Shown here piece by piece: positions 47,560 through 56,826 of a DNA stretch of 64,000 bases (within the stretch, counting starts at the first letter, position 1; the number at the start of each line of letters is the position of its first letter). The DNA lies in the NCBI GenBank assembly GCA_964488035.1, contig CAZATR010000001.1, positions 391-64,390 on the forward strand. Reading direction: 5' to 3'. The DNA is from an uncultured Natronomonas sp. GTDB lineage: Archaea; Halobacteriota; Halobacteria; Halobacteriales; Haloarculaceae. A program made the translations under genes and the position numbers. The notes under the pieces are model-generated. The model did not search any database. It worked only from the letters and a program-made list of their open reading frames with translations, and was not told the origin of the DNA.

Positions 47560-49334
47560 CCCTCGGCGAGTACCGCCGCCCGTTGCTGGATCTCGGCCCC
47601 GACGTCCGACACCGTCTCCTCCGGGCCCGCGAGCGCGGACGGCGTCCGGGCGTGGTCGAGCGCGAGCGAGCCCTCGGTGGCGATGGTCTCGAAGCCGACG
47701 CCGTCGTCGGTCCGGCGGACCTCCTCGATGGCCCGGAGCCGTCGTCGGCGGCCGTCGCCGTCGTCGTAGGCCTCGAGGGTGACGACGAGGTCGGTGTCGG
47801 CGAAGGCGGTCTCGGGGACGCCGAGGTCGGTGACGACGCGCTCGCGGACCGTTCGTCCGCCCCCGCCGTGGATGGTGCCGAGGACGGCGCCGTCGGCCGC
47901 GCCGACGCGCATCGCCTCGTAGAGGACCTTCGCCTCCTCGCCGCGGACCTCGCCGACGACGATGGCGCCGTCGCCGAGCCGGAGTGCGGTCCGGAGCGCC
48001 TCGGTCGGCTCGATCGAGGCGCCGTCGCCGGTCGCGACCCGGAGGGGCTGGACGTCACGGCCGCCGGACTGGAGTTCGCCAACGGGGAGTTCGGGCGTGT
48101 CCTCGATGAGGACCGTCCGGACGTCCCGGGGGAGTTCCCACAGCAGCGCGCCGAGCAGTGTCGTCTTGCCGGCCCCGCGGGCGCCGGCCAGGAGGACTGC
48201 CGCGCCGCGCTTCACGGCGACGGAGAGGAACGCGGCCGTGGTCGGGGCGAGCGTCCCGTTCTCGACGAGGTCGGGGAGCCGGAAGGCCGACTCGTCGTGG
48301 GCGCGGAACGTGAAGCCGACCCCGTCGCTGACCGGCGATGTGACGCCGGCGACGCGGACGCGCCGGTCGCCGGCGTCGGTCGTGGCGGCCAGCGTCGGGC
48401 TGGCGCGCGAGAACGCGCGGCCGCTGGCGCGCCGGAACCGCGACGCCAGGGCGTCGGCGCCGTCGGTCGTCAGCCGGACGTTGGTCCGGAGCGTCTCGCC
48501 GTCGTGACGCACCCGGATCCGGTTCTCGTCCACCGGCGCAGTCAGGAAGGCGTCCGTGACGGCCGGGTCCGCGAAGCAGTCCTGGATGACGCCGAGCCCG
48601 AGGGTGTGCTTCTCGAGGGCCGCGACGATGGTCTCGACCGGCTGGTCGCCGTCGGCGACGGTACGGACCGCGCGGGCCGGCGCCCGCTCCCCGCCGGTCA
48701 CCGCGCCACGGGCGAGCCGCTCGTACGCCCGGGCGAGCGTCTCGGTCGCGTCGGCGTCCAGCCGGTGCTCGGCCGGCGTGAGGTGGTAGGTGTCGAGCGA
48801 GTCGCCCTCGTACCGACGGACCACGGCGCCGGTGTCGAGTTCGTAGCGGTCCGCAAGCGCGGCGTTTTGGGGCGGCCGCGTGGCGACCCGCGATCGGGCG
48901 ACGGTGGGACCGACGCTCGGCCGGAACACCGTCCGGTAGTCGGCCTCGAGGAACGACGCCAGCCCCGTCTCGGCGGCCGTCCGCGCGATCGTGTCGCCGC
49001 GGCCGCTGGCGACTCGGGCGGCGCCGAGGGGGTCCTCCCGGGCCCGCTCGGCGAGGTCCTCGTCGTGGAAGGCGGCCGCGTCGGCGAACCGTCCCGCGGC
49101 GACCAACAGGGCCGCGGCGTCGTCCTCGTAGGCCCGTTCGAACCCGGCTGCGCGTGTGGTGACGCACTCGACGTCGCGGGTCTCCAGGGCTTCGACGACC
49201 GTCGCGCGACACGGTGGCACCTCCGCGAGTCGCCCGCCGCCGGGACAGTCGTCGCTGTCGACCCGGAGGCGGTCGCCCTCGAAGGTCGGCTCGCACCGAC
49301 AGTCGGCCTCGGTTGCCAGGAGGCGTTCGAGCAC
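47547..49334 (-). CDS. pilB: type II/IV secretion system ATPase (PilB/VirB11-like)
   Basis: Walker A GARGAGKTT, Asp box IEDTPEL, Walker B VVGEVRG, His box GTIHG; Cys-rich N-terminus. Confidence 0.92.
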   Translation of the reverse strand: MLERLLATEADCRCEPTFEGDRLRVDSDDCPGGGRLAEVPPCRATVVEALETRDVECVTTRAAGFERAYEDDAAALLVAAGRFADAAAFHDEDLAERAREDPLGAARVASGRGDTIARTAAETGLASFLEADYRTVFRPSVGPTVARSRVATRPPQNAALADRYELDTGAVVRRYEGDSLDTYHLTPAEHRLDADATETLARAYERLARGAVTGGERAPARAVRTVADGDQPVETIVAALEKHTLGLGVIQDCFADPAVTDAFLTAPVDENRIRVRHDGETLRTNVRLTTDGADALASRFRRASGRAFSRASPTLAATTDAGDRRVRVAGVTSPVSDGVGFTFRAHDESAFRLPDLVENGTLAPTTAAFLSVAVKRGAAVLLAGARGAGKTTLLGALLWELPRDVRTVLIEDTPELPVGELQSGGRDVQPLRVATGDGASIEPTEALRTALRLGDGAIVVGEVRGEEAKVLYEAMRVGAADGAVLGTIHGGGGRTVRERVVTDLGVPETAFADTDLVVTLEAYDDGDGRRRRLRAIEEVRRTDDGVGFETIATEGSLALDHARTPSALAGPEETVSDVGAEIQQRAAVLAEGCRS

Positions 49335-49353
49335 GGGGCGTCTGGTCGCGGCC

Positions 49354-49785
49354 TCATCCTTGAACCCTCGCCCGTTCGACCCTGACGGCCGGCGCGCCCG
49401 CCTCGCCGACGAGGGTCAGTCGGACGCGGGTGTCGGTCGCGACGACGATGGGGCCGGACGGCACGACCAGGTCCGCCGCCGGGTCGACGGTACGGTTGTC
49501 CCCCGTGGCGGGCGCCCAGACGAGACGGTTCGCGGCGACGACGATGCGGCCGCCGTCCGTGACGGTCGGGGTCGGCGGGCCGACCACGCGGACCGTCCCC
49601 GCGGGCGATTCCGAGGGGCCGACGGGGTCGTTCCGGGCGGCGAGCCGGTCGGCCGTCCGGGCGACCTCCTGGAGCTCGTTCGTCGCCACGGCGGCGTTGC
49701 GGTCGCGTTCGACGCGTTCGGCGACCGGGAGGCTCACGCCGAGCAGCGCCACGGCGAGTGCGACCGCGAGGACGACCCGGATCAC
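49354..49785 (-). CDS. secreted or membrane-anchored hypothetical protein
   Basis: MIRVVLAVALAVALLGVSLP N-terminal hydrophobic helix; in the operon upstream of the ATPase. Confidence 0.72.
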   Translation of the reverse strand: MIRVVLAVALAVALLGVSLPVAERVERDRNAAVATNELQEVARTADRLAARNDPVGPSESPAGTVRVVGPPTPTVTDGGRIVVAANRLVWAPATGDNRTVDPAADLVVPSGPIVVATDTRVRLTLVGEAGAPAVRVERARVQG

Positions 49786-49791
49786 GGCGCG

Positions 49792-50256
49792 TCAGCCCCA
49801 CCGGAAGATGCTCTCGTCGTCCTCGGCCGCCGCCCGGTCGTCACTCGGGTCTCCCGTCGTGGTCCCGGCCGGGTCGTCGCCGAACGGGTCCCCGAACCCG
49901 TCGTCGGTGGGGGCGTCGGCCCCGTCGGCCCCGTCGACCGTCATGGCCTCGTCGGGCCCGTCGGGCCCGTCGACCTCGGCTTTCGACCGGTGGGTGTCGG
50001 TCGGCCCCACGTGGCGTTCGAGGGCCTCGGCCTTCCGGAGGGCGCGGTCGGCGCGGCGTTCGACATCCTCGTTGATGGCGCGGACCTCGCCGACGTAGCC
50101 GCGGACCGCCTGGACGGCGGCTTCGAGTTCGGCCACCCGGTCCTCGATGTCGTCGAGCCGGTCCGTGCGTTCGATCGGTTCCTCGTCGGACAGGGCGCGT
50201 TCGACGGCCTCGAGGCGTCGTTCGACGGCGTCGCGGTCGGGTTCGGTCCGGGACAT
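49792..50256 (-). CDS. coiled-coil hypothetical protein, first gene of the pilus-like operon
   Basis: ERRLEAVERAL...RVAELEAAVQAVRGYVG..RAINEDVERRADRAL coiled coil with an acidic low-complexity tail. Confidence 0.75.
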   Translation of the reverse strand: MSRTEPDRDAVERRLEAVERALSDEEPIERTDRLDDIEDRVAELEAAVQAVRGYVGEVRAINEDVERRADRALRKAEALERHVGPTDTHRSKAEVDGPDGPDEAMTVDGADGADAPTDDGFGDPFGDDPAGTTTGDPSDDRAAAEDDESIFRWG

Positions 50257-50402
50257 GCGACGCGTTGGCGCCGTCCCGGTATTTACGGTCTCGCATCCGG
50301 CCCCGCCCTCGGGTCGAGGCCGAGCGGGGCGCAGTACGACGGATAAGATCGGCGGTCATTCACGGCTTCGAGTTTAAGCGTTGGGGCCCCGAACACGTGG
50401 GT

Positions 50403-51833
50403 ATGAGCCAGGATACCACGCCGCGCGGGGCGGACGCGAGCGGTGTGGCGGCGGGCGAGGAGGGGGGCGACGACCCGGCGCCGGCCGACCTCCCGCTGCC
50501 GCCGTACCCGCCGAACCTCGGCCATCCGCGCTTGCACTTCCTCCACCAGATGCGGGACGTCTTCGAGTTCGGCGAGCGGGCGCTGGCGACCCGCGACGTC
50601 GTCCGGAGCCACCTCCCGGGCGAGGGCGACGTCTACTCGCTGGCCCACCCCGAGCACGTCAAGCGCGTCCTGCTGACGGAGCGGGGGAAGTTCGCCAAGA
50701 GCGACGACTTCCGGATCGCGTTCGGCGAGGGGCTCCTCACGGTGGAGGGCGAGGAGTGGTCGGCCCAGCGCGACATGTTGCAGCCGCTTTTCACCCGCGA
50801 CAGCGTGATGGACTACGCCGACGGCATGGTCGAGCAGATCCGGCGCCGCAGCGACCGGTGGGCCGACGGCGATCGCCTGGAGCTCCAAGCGGAGTTCACC
50901 GACATGACGCTGGACGTCCTGTTCGCGACCGTGCTCGGCCGGGAGCTCGCCCTGGACGGCGACGAGCGACTGCGGCGGGCCGCCGAACGGCTCCACGACT
51001 GGTTCATCCCGACGTCGTACCTGCTGCCTGACTGGGTGCCGACGCCGGCCCGCCGCCGGTTCCGGAAGGGGAAGGCGACGCTGCAGGCCGAGGCCGACCG
51101 GCTGCTCGAGGAGAAGGCCGGCGACGCCCCCACCGACCCCGCCGAGGCCGAGGACCTCCTGTCGCTGCTCGTCGGTCTCCGGGAGGCCGGCGTCGCCGAC
51201 AGCGGGATGCTCACCGACGAGCGGCTGCGGGACCAGATGGTGACGATCATCTTCGCCGGCCACGACACCACGACGACGTCGCTGACGTTCGCGTTCTGGG
51301 CGCTGGCGAACCACCCCGACGTCCGCGAGCGGTTCCACGCCGAGATCGACCGGCTCGACGGGCCGCCGACGATGGCCGACCTCGACGACCTGCCGGTGAC
51401 CGAGCGCGTCGTCCGGGAGACGCTGCGGCTGTACCCGCCGGTGTACTCGCTGCCGCGCCGCAGCACCGACGCGGCGGCGTTCGACGGCTACCAAATTCCG
51501 GCCGACAGCCGGATCATCCTCGCCATCCGGCACGTCCAGCGGGACCCCCGGTTCTACGACGACCCGGACGCGTTCCGGCCGTCGCGGTGGGACGGCGACC
51601 TCCGCCGGAAGCTCCACGACTTCGCCTACGCCCCGTTCGGCGGCGGCCCGCGCATCTGCATCGGGCGGGAGTTCGCGCTGCTGGAGGCGAAGCTCGCGCT
51701 GGCGACCATCGGCCGCAACTACCGGCTCGAGTGGCGCGGCGACAACGACGCCGACGGCGAACCGCCCATCTCCCCGGAGATGACGCTCCGGATGCAGCCC
51801 GGCCAGGAGTTCCTGGTCCGCGAGCGATCCTGA
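50403..51833 (+). CDS. cytochrome P450
   Basis: FAGHDTT (I helix), ETLRLYPP (ExxR), FRPSRW, PFGGGPRICIG heme Cys. TTTAAG 30 bp upstream of ATG (leaderless). Confidence 0.96.
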   Translation: MSQDTTPRGADASGVAAGEEGGDDPAPADLPLPPYPPNLGHPRLHFLHQMRDVFEFGERALATRDVVRSHLPGEGDVYSLAHPEHVKRVLLTERGKFAKSDDFRIAFGEGLLTVEGEEWSAQRDMLQPLFTRDSVMDYADGMVEQIRRRSDRWADGDRLELQAEFTDMTLDVLFATVLGRELALDGDERLRRAAERLHDWFIPTSYLLPDWVPTPARRRFRKGKATLQAEADRLLEEKAGDAPTDPAEAEDLLSLLVGLREAGVADSGMLTDERLRDQMVTIIFAGHDTTTTSLTFAFWALANHPDVRERFHAEIDRLDGPPTMADLDDLPVTERVVRETLRLYPPVYSLPRRSTDAAAFDGYQIPADSRIILAIRHVQRDPRFYDDPDAFRPSRWDGDLRRKLHDFAYAPFGGGPRICIGREFALLEAKLALATIGRNYRLEWRGDNDADGEPPISPEMTLRMQPGQEFLVRERS

Positions 51834-51908
51834 CGGCCGACGTCCGTCGCGCCGCCCCTGGAGACGTTCGGGCGAACCTACTTTCCCGCGCCGCCCGAGC
51901 GAACGGGT

Positions 51909-52217
51909 ATGAGCCCGACAGTGCGCCGTCTCGCCGACCTGGACGGGAGCCCACACGCGAACGTGTTCCCGGACGCGGAACCGAAGACCATCCGGCTCAC
52001 GCTAGCTGCCGGCGAGTCGGTCGCACCCCACGCCCACCCCGGGCGACGCGTCGTCTGTCATCTCCTCGACGGGGCCGTGGAGCTGACGCTGGGCGACGAA
52101 ACCCACGACCTCGCCGCCGGCGACGTCGTCCGCTTCGACGGCGACCGGGAGATCTCGCCCCGCGCCGTCGAGGACAGCACCGCGCTGCTCGTGCTCGCGC
52201 GGGCGACGGCCGACTAG
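51909..52217 (+). CDS. cupin domain protein
   Basis: LAAGESVAPHAHPG...GAVELTLG...LAAGDVVRFDG. Confidence 0.85.
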   Translation: MSPTVRRLADLDGSPHANVFPDAEPKTIRLTLAAGESVAPHAHPGRRVVCHLLDGAVELTLGDETHDLAAGDVVRFDGDREISPRAVEDSTALLVLARATAD

Positions 52218-52306
52218 AACCGGTACGGTGGTCCGGCCCCGCGGCGTCCCAGCACCCGGGAATCCACCGAACGGGTATCACCCCGGCCCCCAACCCACGA
52301 CCACCG

Positions 52307-52639
52307 ATGGGTTCCACGAACGACGACGGCAACGGGCACGAGCACGACCACGACCACGACGCGGAGCCGATCACGGACGAGATGCACGATAACTCCTGGT
52401 CGGCGAACCTCGAGAAACCCCGGTACGCCGACGACGTCGACCTCGCCGTCCGCGACGGCATCGACGCGGTCGAGCACACCGTCCCGGGCAACCACGTCAA
52501 CCTGGTCACGCACGCCGACCTCGGCCATCCCGAGGGCTTCCTCTACGGGGCCCTTGACGCGGCCGACGCCGACGTCGAGTACGCGTACGTCGAGCAATGT
52601 GGCTGCGGCGGCCACGTCACCCGCGTCCACGTCGAGTGA
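52307..52639 (+). CDS. CGCGG-motif family protein (family annotated as putative rSAM-modified RiPP precursor)
   Basis: HDNSWSANLE.P, HVNLVTH..LGHP, YVEQCGCGGHVTRV; His-rich N-terminus GHEHDHDHD. Confidence 0.8.
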   Translation: MGSTNDDGNGHEHDHDHDAEPITDEMHDNSWSANLEKPRYADDVDLAVRDGIDAVEHTVPGNHVNLVTHADLGHPEGFLYGALDAADADVEYAYVEQCGCGGHVTRVHVE

Positions 52640-52673
52640 CCGCGGCGGACGGTCCCGTCCGCTGTCCGGTCCG

Positions 52674-53567
52674 TCAGGCGAGGCCCACCGTCGAAAGGAG
52701 GGTTGCGGCGCCGCCCGACCCGTCCACGAGCAGTAGCGCCGCCAGCAGCACGGAGTTGTGGATGCTGTGGAGCAGCCACGGCACGACGAGGTTCCCGGTG
52801 TACTCGTAGACCGCACCGAGAACGACGCCGGGGACGAGGAGCACCCCGACCAGGACGGCGACCGCCGCGGGGCTGCCGGCGGCCGAAATCACGTGGACGA
52901 CGGCGAACAGGACGGCGGCGATGGCGATCGTCGGAGCCGCCGGGAGCCGTTCGCGGATCCGGTTCTGGACGACACCCCTGAACAGGAACTCCTCGCAGGG
53001 CCCGACGACGAGGAACATCATGGCGATGCCCAGGGGGATCAACTCCGGGTTGCTGGCGAGCTGGACCGCCCCTTGGTTTTCGGCCGGCTGTGGCAGGAAC
53101 GACAGCACGATGGCCACGACCGCCAGGAGGAGGCCGATGAGAACGATGTAGCCGCCGACGACGATCCCGACCTCCCGGAGCGACGGGGGACGGACGCCGA
53201 GGTACGTGCGGATCTCCCGCCACTCGAGGCCGCGACGCCTGAGGTAGACCGTCCCGACGCCGACGAAGCCGAGTGGCTGCCCGAGGGTAACCGATACCAG
53301 CAGGACTTCTCCGAGGCCGAACCCCGCCGTGAGCAGGACGCGTCCGACGACGAGCGTGACGATGACCAACCCGACGACGCCGGCGAGACCGAGGCCCGCC
53401 GCGACGCCGATCGTGTAGAGCGGTGACTCCTGGCCGGCCCCGGCCGTCGACCGTCCGGGGCCGGCGGGTTCGGGCGACGACTCCGTTGTGCTGTGGAGCG
53501 TGCCGTCGGTGTCGTCGACACGCGACGACGGTCGCGCACTCGAATCGCGGTCGGACGAGCCGTCCAT
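52674..53567 (-). CDS. CPBP (CAAX/Abi) intramembrane glutamic endopeptidase
   Basis: EEFLFRG, FAVVH, HSIHN motifs with multiple TMs. Confidence 0.9.
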   Translation of the reverse strand: MDGSSDRDSSARPSSRVDDTDGTLHSTTESSPEPAGPGRSTAGAGQESPLYTIGVAAGLGLAGVVGLVIVTLVVGRVLLTAGFGLGEVLLVSVTLGQPLGFVGVGTVYLRRRGLEWREIRTYLGVRPPSLREVGIVVGGYIVLIGLLLAVVAIVLSFLPQPAENQGAVQLASNPELIPLGIAMMFLVVGPCEEFLFRGVVQNRIRERLPAAPTIAIAAVLFAVVHVISAAGSPAAVAVLVGVLLVPGVVLGAVYEYTGNLVVPWLLHSIHNSVLLAALLLVDGSGGAATLLSTVGLA

Positions 53568-53646
53568 GCCCCAGAGTGGGGATGGAACCGTAAATAGGAC
53601 ACGAGGACGGTCCCCGCGACGGCGTCAGGTAGGGGCCTCGACGTCG

Positions 53647-54825
53647 CTACCGCAACAGGGTGAGGCCGGACGTCGTGCCCCCGCGGACGACGAACCCGTG
53701 CTCGGTCGGCACGACGCCGGCGATGGTCCCGAGGTGGTACTCGTCCCGCGTCCAGGTGGTTCGCTCGTCGCCGCTGGCGCGGTCGTAGACGGTGACGCCC
53801 TCGTTGGTCCGGCCGAGGGCGATCCAGTCGTCGCCGACGACGGGGCGGCCGGTGACGATGCCGGTGGGGGCCGACCACCGGGTCTCGCCCGTGGCGGCGT
53901 CGAGCACGACACTTTCGCCGCCGTTACCGGCGGGGACGACGAGGTCGCCCCCGCCGACGGCCGGGCCGCTGTAGACCTTCTCGACCGCGTCGAGCGTCCG
54001 GGACCACTCGGTCTCGCCGGAGGCGGCGTCGAGGGCGTAGACGGTGCCACGCTCCTCGACGGCGTACACCGTGCCGTCCGCGACGGTGGCCGAACCGACG
54101 AACTTCCCCAGGGGGCGGTGCCACAGTCGGCCGCCGGCGTGGTCGTGGGCGTAGACGGCGCCCTCGCCGTTGGCGTTCTCGGTCGAGTAGACGCCGGACC
54201 CGTCGACCGAGATCGTGTCGCCGCCGTTCGCGGTCCAGCGCTCCGCGCCGGTCCGGGCGTCGCGGGCGGCCAGCGACGGGCCGCCGACGTAGACCCGGTC
54301 CGCGAGCACGCCGACGGCCGCCGGCCCGAACCCGCCGACGTCGGCCTGCCAGTACCGTTCGCCGCTCGTGGGGTCGACGGCGGTCACCGTGTTGAGGCCC
54401 ACGGCGAGGACGACGCCGCAGGCCATCGCCGGGACGGCGTCCATGTCGTCGTCGAGCTGGTGGATCCAGGCGGGGTCGCCGCCCGGCGCGTCCAGGTCGA
54501 CGGCGACGAACGTGCCGGCGGTCGGTACGAACGCCGTGCCGTCGGCGACGGCGGGGAGCTTCGATGCGAGGCGGTGCCGGCCGTTCCCGCGGCGGCCGAG
54601 CGAGAGACCGACCGCCTCGGCGTCGGCCGGCGGCGGGGCGACGGTCGTACGCCCGCTCCGGCGGGCGTCGCCGCCGGCGGTCGGCCAGGTCGCGGACGGC
54701 GGGTCACACGGGGTTTCGACCCGGCGGCCGTCGCCGCCGAGCGTGCTGTGGACGCGCTGGAGACACCCGGCGGTGGCGGCGGAGGCGGTGCCGACGGCTG
54801 CGAGGAGGGCTCGTCTGGAGGGCAT
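53647..54825 (-). CDS. PQQ-binding-like beta-propeller Tat lipoprotein
   Basis: SRRALL...TAGC signal, WPTAGGDARRSG, repeated A.DA.TGE..W blades. Confidence 0.88.
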   Translation of the reverse strand: MPSRRALLAAVGTASAATAGCLQRVHSTLGGDGRRVETPCDPPSATWPTAGGDARRSGRTTVAPPPADAEAVGLSLGRRGNGRHRLASKLPAVADGTAFVPTAGTFVAVDLDAPGGDPAWIHQLDDDMDAVPAMACGVVLAVGLNTVTAVDPTSGERYWQADVGGFGPAAVGVLADRVYVGGPSLAARDARTGAERWTANGGDTISVDGSGVYSTENANGEGAVYAHDHAGGRLWHRPLGKFVGSATVADGTVYAVEERGTVYALDAASGETEWSRTLDAVEKVYSGPAVGGGDLVVPAGNGGESVVLDAATGETRWSAPTGIVTGRPVVGDDWIALGRTNEGVTVYDRASGDERTTWTRDEYHLGTIAGVVPTEHGFVVRGGTTSGLTLLR

Positions 54826-54883
54826 CGGCGGTGCTGGTGGGGCGAGATGGAAGTAGGTATCGTTTCGCGGGCGTCTCGCGGGC

Positions 54884-56224
54884 TTACACCAGGCTCGCGC
54901 CGTCGAAGTCCCCGCGGTCGACCTCGAGGTCGAGCAGGTCGAGCAGCGTCGGCGCGATGTCGTAGAGGTCGGCGTCGCCGATCGAGGCGTCGGCGTCGAC
55001 GTAGAGGCAGGCGTCGTCGAAGCTGTGCATGCCGTTGCGGGGGCCGGTGTCGAAGACGGCGTCGCCGCCCTTGAAGCCGGCCTTGAGGTCGAAGCCGTGG
55101 TTCGGGACGACGACGAGGTCGGGCGCGATGTCGTCGTGGCTGCCGCGGAACGCGCCCTCCTTGGTGACGACGCGGTCGGCGACTGGGCTGCCGTCGGGGC
55201 CCTCCAGCGCCTCGAGTTCCTCTTTGAGTTCGTTGCGGACCGTCTCGTAGTCCTCCTGGGGGACGCTGCCGCGGGGCTCGCGGCCCTCGAGGTTGACGTA
55301 GAACCGGCCGGGGATCAGCGAGTACGCCCGCGTGTCGTCGCTGATGTCCTCGAGGCCGTCGTGGTCGTCGTCCTCGTAGGAGAGCCAGCCGTTCTCTTCG
55401 AGCCAGACGTTGCACTTGACCTCCCACTCCAGCGTGGTGAAGCCGTGGTCGGAGGCGACGACCATCGTCGTCTCGTCGTCCAGCAGCTCGCGGAGCTCGC
55501 CGAGGTACCGGTCGACCTTCGCGTAGAACTCGAGGAACTCCTCCCTGTACTCGCCGTCCTCGGCGTAGTGCTTGAACAGGAAGTGGTTGACCCGGTCGGT
55601 CGTCATGAAGACGCCGAAGAAGAGGTCCCAGTCGTCCCCCTGGAGGTAGTGCTTGAACGCCTCGAAGCGGGCGTCCAGGGTCTCGTGGGCGTCCTCGACG
55701 AACTCCGTCTTGTCGTCGTCGTGGCCGAGTTTGGCGTTGACGTCGATCCTGTAGTCCAGCCCCTCGAGGGTCTCCCGGAGGTCGTCGGGATAGGCGGCCT
55801 TCTCGACGCCGGGCGAGAGGAAGCCGCTGACCATCCGCTGGACGTCGCGGTCCGGCGGGAAGGTGACGGGCACGTTCATCACGGTGGCGTTTCGGCCGGC
55901 GTCCTGGACGCGGGTCCAGAGCCGTTTCGCCCGGACGTCCCGGCCCATCGGGACGTAGGTGTCGTAGCTGCCGACCTCGCGGTCCTGAAAGCCGTACACG
56001 CCGGTCTCGCCGGGGTTGACGCCGGTCGTCAACGCGGGCCAGCAGGCGCTGGATTCCGGCGGGACGATGGAGTCGATGGCGCCGCCGGCGCCCGCGGCCT
56101 CCATGGCGTTGAGCGTCTCGAAGGTGTCCTCGTTGTCGGCGACGAGGCTGTACGGCACGCCGTCGATCCCGACGAAGGCGACTCGCGGGCCGTCGCCCCC
56201 GCGGAGCCGGTCGAACAGTCCCAT
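54884..56224 (-). CDS. alkaline phosphatase superfamily phosphodiesterase/nucleotide pyrophosphatase
   Basis: GIDG, PPESSACW...TG.NPG..GVYGF, TDRVNH, ASDHGF, GMH, DIAPT. Confidence 0.9.
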   Translation of the reverse strand: MGLFDRLRGGDGPRVAFVGIDGVPYSLVADNEDTFETLNAMEAAGAGGAIDSIVPPESSACWPALTTGVNPGETGVYGFQDREVGSYDTYVPMGRDVRAKRLWTRVQDAGRNATVMNVPVTFPPDRDVQRMVSGFLSPGVEKAAYPDDLRETLEGLDYRIDVNAKLGHDDDKTEFVEDAHETLDARFEAFKHYLQGDDWDLFFGVFMTTDRVNHFLFKHYAEDGEYREEFLEFYAKVDRYLGELRELLDDETTMVVASDHGFTTLEWEVKCNVWLEENGWLSYEDDDHDGLEDISDDTRAYSLIPGRFYVNLEGREPRGSVPQEDYETVRNELKEELEALEGPDGSPVADRVVTKEGAFRGSHDDIAPDLVVVPNHGFDLKAGFKGGDAVFDTGPRNGMHSFDDACLYVDADASIGDADLYDIAPTLLDLLDLEVDRGDFDGASLV

Positions 56225-56325
56225 ACCGGGCCCTGGGACAGGCGCCTACAAGAACTTTCGTTTCTGCTGCCAGAACCGCGGCGACTCTGCGACGGCGGCA
56301 ATTACTGGCTCGACCGCGTCGCCGG

Positions 56326-56457
56326 TCACTCGGCGGCGTCGGGCTCGTCGTCGACGTCCCCGGCAGCCTCGACGTCCGGCTCCTCGAACGGCTCGAAGTT
56401 CTCCGGCACCACGGTCATGTGACGCATGCCCATCGGGTACTGCTGGTCGGCGCTCAT
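56326..56457 (-). CDS. small acidic protein (43 aa), below the ORF-track cutoff
   Basis: Hand translation MSADQQYPMGMRHMTVVPENFEPFEEPDVEAAGDVDDEPDAAE*, with GC3-rich halophile codons and an AT-rich promoter-like region just upstream. Confidence 0.65.
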   Translation of the reverse strand: MSADQQYPMGMRHMTVVPENFEPFEEPDVEAAGDVDDEPDAAE

Positions 56458-56826
56458 GTGCGAACGGTGGGACCGCACACACATATATCACTCCATAAAC
56501 ATAATGTATCCGCCGCATACCTGATATTACCTATGAGAATATGATGGTCGTGAATCGCCATACTACGGTCGTTATACTTCTGATTACTCCTGGACATCTC
56601 TCGGGTTCGGGTATGTCCGAGGCGTATCCGACCGGGTTCGTCGGTCGTGGCCGGCGCGCGCCGGGACGTCCGGGGTCGCTCGGTCCACGTCGGACCCTAT
56701 AGCCGAGCGTGACGCCGAAGGACCCGCCGGAACGCACGCTCGTGACACCCTCAGGGCGGGCCGTCGCTCCGACCGTGCTATCACCGCTCAGTACGTCTAT
56801 TTATCCGTGGCCGGCGTCTCTCCCCC

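Noticed and set aside
49900-49975. 9-bp GGCCCGTCG-type repeats
   Set aside because: They encode a low-complexity DGP/DGA linker within a CDS; not a separate element.
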